64,000 bases of DNA from Parcubacteria group bacterium GW2011_GWC1_36_108 (GTDB lineage Bacteria > Patescibacteriota > Minisyncoccia > Moranbacterales > GWC2-37-73), in NCBI GenBank assembly GCA_000991245.1, contig LBRD01000003.1:6734-70733 (forward strand), read 5' to 3'. A program made the position numbers and the translations under genes. Every line of letters starts with the position of its first letter. Position 1 is the stretch's first letter. Below the pieces are notes generated by a model. It did no database searches, had not been told where the DNA came from, and saw only the letters and a list, made by a program, of their open reading frames with translations. Positions 46,485-53,809 of the stretch are shown here, one piece after another.

Positions 46485-46553
46485 GAAAAATCAAATTTTC
46501 TTAGTAATAAAACAAAGTTTGTATTAATAAAATAGAAGACAAAAAAATACATC

Positions 46554-46743
46554 AGCTAACACGGCATATCTGGTTCAGAAATTTTTCACTTTTATACTTT
46601 TTAACGCCAAGGTTTGAAAAATTTCCTCTCCCAAATTGCGCTGTGATATGGCAAAGTTTAGTGATATAATTAAGGCAGGCAGAAAGTTGAAGTTTTAGCC
46701 AATGAATATGGGCGCAACTTCAGATGATGCCGATACGTTGTCG
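46554..46743 (+). other. attC-like folded site 3
   Basis: AGCTAAC, then GGCATATCTG pairing with CAGATGATGCC (one bulge); GAAATTTTTCA/TGAAAAATTTC; CCCAAATT; GTTGTCG. Confidence 0.5.
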
Positions 46744-46803
46744 GAAATATCAAAAAACAAATTCATTAATATTTTTTTCAAGCCCTTTTGAAATTCAGGT
46801 AAA

Positions 46804-46830
46804 GAAAAAACCGCACAGTATTCTGTGCGG
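46804..46830 (-). terminator. rho-independent terminator for the minus-strand small ORF
   Basis: Minus strand reads CCGCACAG-aata-CTGTGCGG followed by TTTTTT. Confidence 0.7.
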
Positions 46831-46848
46831 TCGTAATTACATTTGTCA

Positions 46849-47019
46849 TTATATCGCCCTCGACATTTCCTGAATTGAAGCCTCGCTTAGTTTGTTGTGT
46901 TCTTTTTCGTCACAAGAAGCTATCAAGTACGTGCACAAGATTATAGTACCACCAAATCCATTGGGAAAATGTTGGGCATGTCTACAGTCATCATCTTCGT
47001 ATGGACAACGCTTTTCCAT
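46849..47019 (-). CDS. cassette 4 ORF: 56-aa Cys/His-rich protein (below track threshold)
   Basis: AAGGAGGTGATTAAT-ATG strong SD. MEKRCPYEDDDCRHAQHFPNGFGGTIILCTYLIASCDEKEHNKLSEASIQEMSRAI. Has its own terminator. Confidence 0.5.
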   Translation of the reverse strand: MEKRCPYEDDDCRHAQHFPNGFGGTIILCTYLIASCDEKEHNKLSEASIQEMSRAI

Positions 47020-47092
47020 ATTAATCACCTCCTTGTTTAATGTGCTAGTATACTATTATTAGATAAATTATCAATATTGTCAAGCGGGGAAA

Positions 47093-47124
47093 AACTTCTC
47101 ATACTTAGATATGTTGTGCGAAAT
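47093..47124 (+). other. degenerate terminal site (AACTTC...TAGATAT-GTTGTGCGAAAT)
   Basis: Shares GTTGTGCGAAAT with 43358-43369 and retains a decayed AACTTCAGATATG box. Confidence 0.4.
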
Positions 47125-47212
47125 TTTTTAAAAATGCTGTGGATAAGTTACGGTGTACGGTTTTTAATTATAATGATACAATATCACTATAATTAAATAA
47201 AGAATAAAACTT

Positions 47213-48040
47213 ATGCAAAATCCAGAAAGTCACATTGCCATTTTCAAGGGAAAAACTATCAGAAAAATCATTTTTCAAAAGGAATGGTGGTTTTCTGTTG
47301 TGGATATTATACAGGTCATAACGGACAGTCCAACTCCAAGGCAATATTGGGGCAAGGTTAAGCAGCGTGAATTTACTGATCTTCAGTTGTCCCCAATTTG
47401 GGTACAACTGAAATTGGAAGCTTCTGATGGCAAAAAATATGAAACAGATTGTGCAAATACAGAAGGAATGCTTCGTATTATTCAATCAATACCATCTCCT
47501 AGGGTTGAACCATTGAAACGTTGGCTAGCAAAGGTTGGTTATGAGCGCATTCAAGAGGTAGAAAACCCAGAACTTGCCAGCAAACGGACAAGATTATTAT
47601 ATAAACTAAAAGGTTATCCTGAAGATTGGATTGAAATGCGTATGCGTGGTATTGCAATTCGCGAAGAATTGACAGATGAATGGCAAAAAAGAGGTGCAAA
47701 ATATAAACAAGATTACGAAATTTTAACTGCAGAAATATCTGAGGCCACATTTGGACTAAAACCAAATGAATATAAAAAAGTAAAAAGTCTGAAGCGTGAA
47801 AATCTTCGTGACCACATGGATGACTTCGAATTAATTTTGACTATGCTGGGCGAGCGAACCACAAAAGAAATTCATAAAACCAAAGATTCCAAAGGTATAC
47901 AAAGATTGAAAGATGATGCTAGACTTGGCGGAGAAGTAGCAGGAACAGCTAGAAAACAAATTGAAAGAAGAATTGGCAGACCAGTGATTTCAGAAAAGAA
48001 TTTTCTGAAATCTAACAATAGGAAGAAAATTAAAAAATAG
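47213..48040 (+). CDS. Bro-N domain protein (DinD/antirepressor-like)
   Basis: IAIFKGKTIRKIIFQKEWWFSVVDIIQVITDS N-terminal Bro-N pattern. DinD-like C-terminal half. Confidence 0.65.
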   Translation: MQNPESHIAIFKGKTIRKIIFQKEWWFSVVDIIQVITDSPTPRQYWGKVKQREFTDLQLSPIWVQLKLEASDGKKYETDCANTEGMLRIIQSIPSPRVEPLKRWLAKVGYERIQEVENPELASKRTRLLYKLKGYPEDWIEMRMRGIAIREELTDEWQKRGAKYKQDYEILTAEISEATFGLKPNEYKKVKSLKRENLRDHMDDFELILTMLGERTTKEIHKTKDSKGIQRLKDDARLGGEVAGTARKQIERRIGRPVISEKNFLKSNNRKKIKK

Positions 48041-48077
48041 AATATTTTCAAAAATAATAATAAGCAATCTTAATCTT

Positions 48078-48539
48078 ATGAAATATAAACACACTCAAAT
48101 TGGTTATCTGATGTTAGTTGTTACGTTGGCTGTGGCGGTGCTTTTCGCACGGATTTATATTATGGCTGCTGCCGAGCCACCTTCGGCTGATTCGGGCACA
48201 AATCTTCTTGTTACTGCTGTAATGTTATTAATCCTGTCTGTTCTTGCTTCCTTCGGGTCACTTCAAGTAATTATTGATGAAGAAAATTTAAGAATAAAAT
48301 TTGGCTACGGTATTTTTAGAAAAAAGTTTTCGCTTGATGATATAATTTCTGCTAAAACAGTGAAGAATCATTGGTATTATGGATGGGGAATAAAGATGTG
48401 GCTCTGGCCAAAAATGTGGATTTACAACGTTTCCGGTTTTGATGCGGTTGAAATAAAAATGAAGAATGGTAAAATGTATAGAATAGGCACGGATGAACCT
48501 GGAAAATTAGAACAAGCAATTTTGCAATCAATTAAATAA
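48078..48539 (+). CDS. membrane protein, two TM segments plus a small soluble domain
   Basis: 153 aa. Hydrophobic N-terminus. Confidence 0.5.
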   Translation: MKYKHTQIGYLMLVVTLAVAVLFARIYIMAAAEPPSADSGTNLLVTAVMLLILSVLASFGSLQVIIDEENLRIKFGYGIFRKKFSLDDIISAKTVKNHWYYGWGIKMWLWPKMWIYNVSGFDAVEIKMKNGKMYRIGTDEPGKLEQAILQSIK

Positions 48540-48574
48540 TTAAGACTAGGTAAAAAAATAAAAAAACAAAAACT

Positions 48575-48781
48575 ATGTTTAAACATCACAAAAAGAAAAA
48601 CCCATTCTTGTATCATTTAATATCAGGAATTGGGCTTATTATTTTTTGGCGAGGAATTTGGGGGATTATGGATCTGTATCTCTTTCCCGGAAATCCAACG
48701 CTGAGTCATTCTTTTGCAATTACACTTGGGCTTGTTATTTTATATTTCAATGATTTTTCAATATCAGAGTTGATCAAATAA
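48575..48781 (+). CDS. small membrane protein
   Basis: 68 aa, two hydrophobic segments. Confidence 0.45.
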   Translation: MFKHHKKKNPFLYHLISGIGLIIFWRGIWGIMDLYLFPGNPTLSHSFAITLGLVILYFNDFSISELIK

Positions 48782-49064
48782 GTGGCTCGGTTTTGACTTT
48801 CGGCGCATCTGATTTCTTGCCAATAATTTTGAAGAAGTAATTCCACTTTTGTCCTGTTTTGCAAAGCTCTTTGGTGTCGTTCATTGCGCGCTCAACGATT
48901 TGTTTGTTGTATTGCTTGCAGACACGAAAGATGGAACCGCGTTTGTCATTGGGAACATCAAAATCTTTGATAATTTTAAGTGCCAGCTCTTGCCACTGAT
49001 AAGCAGGAGCTTTTTGAACAACTCTTTTTTTCATTAATTCTCCAAAGGTTTTTAAATCTTTCAT
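48774..49064 (-). CDS. hypothetical protein
   Basis: 96 aa, basic, no recognisable motif. Confidence 0.45.
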   Translation of the reverse strand: MKDLKTFGELMKKRVVQKAPAYQWQELALKIIKDFDVPNDKRGSIFRVCKQYNKQIVERAMNDTKELCKTGQKWNYFFKIIGKKSDAPKVKTEPLI

Positions 49065-49101
49065 ATGTTTTTGCGGGGATTATCTTAATAATTTTTTATT
49101 G

Positions 49102-49238
49102 TTAGGACTTACGCACTTTCTCAACGATTTCTTTTTTGGCACGCTTTTGGATAAATACTCACTATCCAAAAACTCAAAGAGTCGCTGTCGCCAACAATTG
49201 GCCAAAAAAGAAATGTTTCGAAATGCGTAACTTCTGAA
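49102..49238 (+). mobile_element. TIR element D, full copy
   Basis: TTAGGACTTACGCACTT...AAATGCGTAACTTCTGAA. Track ORF 49080..49274 lies inside it. Confidence 0.8.
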
Positions 49239-49326
49239 TTTGTTTATTTTACCAGTAGGGGATGGTAAAAGCAAAGATGTTATTCAAAAAGGTTGATTTA
49301 ACGCTAAAAGCTGTTATAATAGGGCA

Positions 49327-49866
49327 ATGCAAAAGAAAAAAATATTTGTTGAAATAGAGGTTCCCGGACAGTTAAAAAGACGGTTGGCTCAGATTATAGC
49401 CAAGTGGTCTGATTTGCCGATCAAATGGATGAAAGAGGAAAATTTGCACATCACTGTGTCTTTTGTGGGATATGTTGATGAAAGCGTGCTGCCTGAAATT
49501 TGTCAAAAAGTCAGAGTGGCTGTGGAAAACTTTGAAGCTTTTGATTTGGAATTTGACCGCATCGAACTTGGACCAAATCCTGCTGATCCCAAAACAGTTT
49601 GGCTCACGGGACAGCCTTGCAGTGAGCTTGGCGTGCTTAATGAACAAGTCGAGCGAGCTCTTGGAATGAGACCGGAAACACACAAGGAATTTCGACCGCA
49701 CATCACGCTGGGGCGCATTCGCAAGCTGAAATGGGATGAACTTGTCGAAAAGCCTGAAATTTCTGAGAAAATTAATGTTTCAATGACGGTGGACAGTCTT
49801 TCGATTATGGAAAGTAAAGGCGGGGGAGCGGAATATGTTTCGTTGGAAGAATGTTCGCTGGCGTAA
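49327..49866 (+). CDS. thpR: RNA 2',3'-cyclic phosphodiesterase (2H phosphoesterase, ThpR/LigT)
   Basis: Two HxT/S motifs: LHITVSF and PHITLGR. Confidence 0.8.
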   Translation: MQKKKIFVEIEVPGQLKRRLAQIIAKWSDLPIKWMKEENLHITVSFVGYVDESVLPEICQKVRVAVENFEAFDLEFDRIELGPNPADPKTVWLTGQPCSELGVLNEQVERALGMRPETHKEFRPHITLGRIRKLKWDELVEKPEISEKINVSMTVDSLSIMESKGGGAEYVSLEECSLA

Positions 49867-49870
49867 AATA

Positions 49871-49906
49871 GTTCGTAAGGTTATAAGGTTTGTAAAGTTC
49901 ATAAAG
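49871..49906 (+). repeat. 9-bp-period array (4 words) abutting the next start codon
   Basis: gttcgtaag gttataag gtttgtaaa gttcataaa gta-ATG. Confidence 0.65.
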
Positions 49907-49908
49907 TA

Positions 49909-50646
49909 ATGCAGATACTTGGTGTGAGGATTGATAATTTTTCTAAAAAAGAAATTCTTGAAAAAATAGAATTTTTTTTGAATGAAGAAAATCTTCATCA
50001 AATTGCTACTGTTAATCCGGAGTTTATTTTGAGAGCTCAAAAAGATTTGGAATTTAAAAATATTTTGAATAAATCTGATTTGAATGTGGCTGATGGCGTT
50101 GGAATTTGGTATGCATTTTTGAGGTATGGGGGTCGCCTTAAAAACAGAATCGCGGGAGTTGATCTGATGGATATGATACTTAAAATGGCAGATGAAAAAA
50201 ACCTCAGTTTGTTTTTGGCAATACATAAAAATGGTTTGAGCTCGTTTGATGAGATTAAAAAGGTTTTAAATGAAAAATATCCCAACATTGAAGTTTTTGG
50301 TGGAGATATTGATTCTCGAAGGAATAAAAAGATTATACCTAATGTTGATCAGACATTAGTCCTGTGCAACTTTGGTTTTCCGGCGCAGGAAAAATTTATA
50401 AATTTACTCAAAAACAAACAAAATTCAAGCTTGCAGTTAAATAGCTGTCGGGGTAAAATAAGATTGGCTATAGGAGTTGGTGGCAGTTTTGATTTTGTCA
50501 CTGGAAAAATTTCGCGCGCTCCACATTGGATGCAAAAAATTGGTTTAGAATGGCTATGGAGATTTGCTCAAGAGCCAAAATATAGATTTAAAAGAATTAT
50601 AAACGCAGTTATTGTTTTTCCGATTAGAGTTTTGTTTAATAAGTAG
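49909..50646 (+). CDS. WecB/TagA/CpsF family (GT26) glycosyltransferase
   Basis: ATVNPEF...LNVADGVGI... family pattern. Confidence 0.8.
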   Translation: MQILGVRIDNFSKKEILEKIEFFLNEENLHQIATVNPEFILRAQKDLEFKNILNKSDLNVADGVGIWYAFLRYGGRLKNRIAGVDLMDMILKMADEKNLSLFLAIHKNGLSSFDEIKKVLNEKYPNIEVFGGDIDSRRNKKIIPNVDQTLVLCNFGFPAQEKFINLLKNKQNSSLQLNSCRGKIRLAIGVGGSFDFVTGKISRAPHWMQKIGLEWLWRFAQEPKYRFKRIINAVIVFPIRVLFNK

Positions 50647-50654
50647 TTAAAAAA

Positions 50655-50736
50655 TGTCATTCCCGTGAAAACGGGAATCCAGAACCGAGTCTAGCTGAAG
50701 AGCTAAACTAGATTCCGGATCAAGTCCGGAATGACA
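50655..50736. mobile_element. MITE-like hairpin element, family A copy 5
   Basis: TGTCATTCCCGTGAAAACGGGAATCCAG...GATTCCGGATCAAGTCCGGAATGACA. Confidence 0.75.
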
Positions 50737-50743
50737 ATGAAAT

Positions 50744-52291
50744 ATGACTGAATCAGAAAAAAAAGTTCGTGTGCGTTTTGCGCCATCGCCGACGGGCTAT
50801 ATGCACGTGGGAAATTTCAGGACGGCTTTGTATAATTATTTGTTTGCCAAAAAAACTAGTGGCGACTTTTTGATACGTATTGAGGACACTGATCAAACAC
50901 GGTTTGTTAATGGTGCTGCTGAACAGTTGTTGCAATCTATGAATGAGATGGGAATTATTTGGAGCGAAGGAAATTATTTAAAATCTCAAGTTAAAGATTC
51001 TGAATCTCAAAAATTAGTAGAATCAAAAACATATCCTAATACTGTAGAAATTGGTGAATTTGGACCATATGCTCAGTCAGAAAGAACTGAAATTTACAAG
51101 AAATATGCACAACAACTAGTTAATGATGGTCATGCCTACTATTGTTTTTGTGAGCCAGCTAGATTAAATGAGATGCGTGAGAATCAACAAAAAGAAAAGC
51201 GTGCGCCAATGTATGATCGTTATTGCTTGGCAAATCTTAGTCCTGATCAAATAAATCAAAAATTGAAAGAAAAATGTCCCGCAACTATCAGATTAAAAGT
51301 TCCAAAAGATGAAATTGTGGAATTTGATGATATGATTCGTGGAAAAGTTTCATTTAATACTAGTAATATTGACGATCAAGTTCTCTTAAAATCTGATGGT
51401 TTTCCAACTTATCATTTGGCGAATGTGGTTGACGATCATTTGATGCAAATTACACATGTTATTCGTGGAGAAGATTGGCTTCCTAGTACGCCTAAGCATA
51501 TTTTGTTGTATCGAGCTTTTGGTTGGGAAATTCCTGTTTTTGCACATTTGCCATTATTATTAAATCCGGACAGGTCAAAACTTTCTAAGCGACAAGGAGA
51601 CGTCGCTGTGGAGGATTATTTAGCTAAGGGATATCTTAAGGAGGCAATTTTGAATTTTGTGGCGATGCTTGGTTGGAATCCTGGAGAGGGAAGTGTGCAG
51701 GAAATTTTTTCAATGGAGGAATTGATTGAAAAATTTGAATTGGAAAAAGTGCACAAAGCTGGCGCAGTTTTTGATATTAAAAAATTGGATTGGATTAATG
51801 GGCAATATATTAAAAAACTTTCTGCAGATGATTTGCTTGAAAATGCACTGCCATTTTTTACCGAGAAAGATTTTTTTGCGAAAGCATCTGATGAAAAAAA
51901 AACTGATGATTATTTAAAAAGGGTTTTGACTGTAGAAAAAGAGCGTTTGGCAAAATTTACTGACGTGGGCGAGGAAAACAAATTCTTTTTTCAAGATATT
52001 TCTTATGAAAAAGAAATGTTACACTGGAAAACAAATACGAGTGAGGAAACAATAGCATCATTGAATACTGCGCAAACAGTGCTTGATGAAATTCCTGAAA
52101 ATGATTGGATGCTTGCAAAAATTGAAGAAAAACTATTGGCAGTAGCAGGGGATAAGCGCGGGGACTTGCTTTGGCCACTTCGTATGGCATTAACTGGTGC
52201 GCAAAAATCGCCATCACCATTTGAATGTGCTTGGGTGCTGGGAAAAATTGAAACGTTAAAAAGAATAGCTGAAGCGATAAAAAAGCTTTAA
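50744..52291 (+). CDS. gltX: glutamate--tRNA ligase
   Basis: RFAPSPTGYMHVGNFRTAL (HIGH region), KLSKRQG (KMSKS). Confidence 0.9.
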   Translation: MTESEKKVRVRFAPSPTGYMHVGNFRTALYNYLFAKKTSGDFLIRIEDTDQTRFVNGAAEQLLQSMNEMGIIWSEGNYLKSQVKDSESQKLVESKTYPNTVEIGEFGPYAQSERTEIYKKYAQQLVNDGHAYYCFCEPARLNEMRENQQKEKRAPMYDRYCLANLSPDQINQKLKEKCPATIRLKVPKDEIVEFDDMIRGKVSFNTSNIDDQVLLKSDGFPTYHLANVVDDHLMQITHVIRGEDWLPSTPKHILLYRAFGWEIPVFAHLPLLLNPDRSKLSKRQGDVAVEDYLAKGYLKEAILNFVAMLGWNPGEGSVQEIFSMEELIEKFELEKVHKAGAVFDIKKLDWINGQYIKKLSADDLLENALPFFTEKDFFAKASDEKKTDDYLKRVLTVEKERLAKFTDVGEENKFFFQDISYEKEMLHWKTNTSEETIASLNTAQTVLDEIPENDWMLAKIEEKLLAVAGDKRGDLLWPLRMALTGAQKSPSPFECAWVLGKIETLKRIAEAIKKL

Positions 52292-52306
52292 AACTCGTAG
52301 GTGGAT

Positions 52307-53668
52307 ATGAAAATCAATATAAAACAAAAAAAGAAATATATAAGTTTGTTTTTAATTGCAGCGCTTGGCGTTGGAATATCTTTTTTGTTTTGGCAAAATA
52401 TTAAAGCTGAAACTGATAGCATTGAAAATGAGATTACTGAGGCGCAAGAAGAAACGCAGGAAAAAATAGAGGAATTGGAAAAACGCGCGGATGTCTATCG
52501 CGAGATTATTGATATTAAAAAGAAGCAAGGCGAAACATTGAACAATCAGTTGGCTATAACTGATACTAGTATTCAACAGGTTCAAGCTCAAATAGAAGTC
52601 AGCAAACAACAAATTGATGATTATAACAGCCAAATAACACGCATTGAAGCGCAAATCAAAGAAAAGAGTGAAACAATTTTGTCACAGAAAGAAATGTTGG
52701 CAAATTTGATGCAAGCATATTATGAAGTGAATTTGGCAAGTCCAATTGTTTCATATTTAACTAGTGGTAACATCGCTTCTTTTATTGTTGAAAAAGACAG
52801 GCTTTCGCAGACTGGGGATAAAATCAAGGATTTGGTTGTTTCCGTTAAGGAAATTAGGGATGATCTTGAGGTTCAAAGCAAAGAACTTGATAAGAAAAAA
52901 GGAGAATTCGTGGTAACAAAAGAAAAATTGCAGAATCAAGGTTCTACTCTTGAGTCTGCAAAAAAACAAAAAGAAACTTTGCTAGCACAAACAAAGGGCG
53001 AAGAAGCACGCTATGCACAACTTCTTGAACGTGTTGAACAGCAAAAACAAGATTTGTTGAATATGGATCAACTCTTCTTGAGTGGAAATTTTAGTGTTGG
53101 TGGGCTTTCAGCAGATGAATATATTAAAAAAAATACGCCACCTTCATCAGTATTTGCTTCAACCAGTTGGTTTTTTTCTCAGAAAGATCCAAAATGGGCT
53201 GATGTGAATATTGGAAACTCAACTAGTGATATGAAAAACTGGGGATGCGCAGTGACTTCAGTTGCAATGGTTGCAAAATTTTATGGCGATAGTAAAATAA
53301 CCCCTGGAATATTGGCAAAAAAACCGATTTTTTCATTTGACCTTATGAAATGGCAAATGAATGAATGGTCAGATGCCAAAATAACACTTGTGGATACATA
53401 TGGGTCATCACATAGAAATTTGAGTTGGACAGCAATTGATTCACTTGTGAAAAACAAACAACCCGTAATTGTTTATATTGGAAAATCAGGTGGAAAAGGT
53501 GGTCACTATGTGGTTATTCATACGAAAGAATCTAAAACAGGGAAGTATGTTGTTCATGATCCATATTTTGGTGCTAATTTATATTTGGACACTTCTCGCG
53601 CTTTAGTTGGTGCTATGGGTACAAGCACAAGCACATATCTTGATCAAATGATTGTGTATAATGATTAG
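52307..53668 (+). CDS. secreted coiled-coil protein with C-terminal C39-like/papain-like peptidase domain (PcsB-like architecture)
   Basis: ATG at 52307 preferred over the track's GTG at 52301. N-terminal TM/signal, about 230 aa of coiled coil, then NWGCAVTSVAMV...GGHYVVIH. Confidence 0.6.
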   Translation: MKINIKQKKKYISLFLIAALGVGISFLFWQNIKAETDSIENEITEAQEETQEKIEELEKRADVYREIIDIKKKQGETLNNQLAITDTSIQQVQAQIEVSKQQIDDYNSQITRIEAQIKEKSETILSQKEMLANLMQAYYEVNLASPIVSYLTSGNIASFIVEKDRLSQTGDKIKDLVVSVKEIRDDLEVQSKELDKKKGEFVVTKEKLQNQGSTLESAKKQKETLLAQTKGEEARYAQLLERVEQQKQDLLNMDQLFLSGNFSVGGLSADEYIKKNTPPSSVFASTSWFFSQKDPKWADVNIGNSTSDMKNWGCAVTSVAMVAKFYGDSKITPGILAKKPIFSFDLMKWQMNEWSDAKITLVDTYGSSHRNLSWTAIDSLVKNKQPVIVYIGKSGGKGGHYVVIHTKESKTGKYVVHDPYFGANLYLDTSRALVGAMGTSTSTYLDQMIVYND

Positions 53669-53697
53669 AAATGCAGCTTATTTTTTGTAGCCAAACT

Positions 53698-53740
53698 AAA
53701 CATATAAATTATTTTGTATTTATATGTTTTTATTTTTTAT
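53698..53740 (+). terminator. terminator-like hairpin
   Basis: AAACATATAAAT-N8-ATTTATATGTTT followed by a T-rich tract. Confidence 0.5.
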
Positions 53741-53809
53741 ATACAAAGGGGTTGTGCGACATTAAAAAGGGCGGACCAATCTTAGTAGAGGATTGTTATT
53801 TATCGCCGC

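Larger units (their letters stand above)
41445..47124. mobile_element. integron-like locus: recombinase, attI-like site and about 4 cassettes (hypothesis)
   Basis: See findings: divergent recombinase, ORFs each followed by AAC...GTT-bounded folded sites, and cassette-specific complementary ends. Confidence 0.55.

Noticed and set aside
43111-46760. Alternative reading of the ORF-separating palindromes as independent MITEs inserted between genes
   Set aside because: The variable ~25-nt arms are complementary across each ORF (21/23, 23/25, ~59 nt), not within one intergenic palindrome. That fits ORF-containing units better. This remains a hypothesis until polymorphism data exist.
47213-49064. 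Bro-N gene region considered as a prophage
   Set aside because: No capsid, terminase, portal or other phage genes are present in the window, only a single Bro-N/DinD-like gene and small membrane proteins.
49080-49274. 64-aa minus ORF
   Set aside because: It lies entirely within TIR element D, and the equivalent ORF is not maintained in the other copies.
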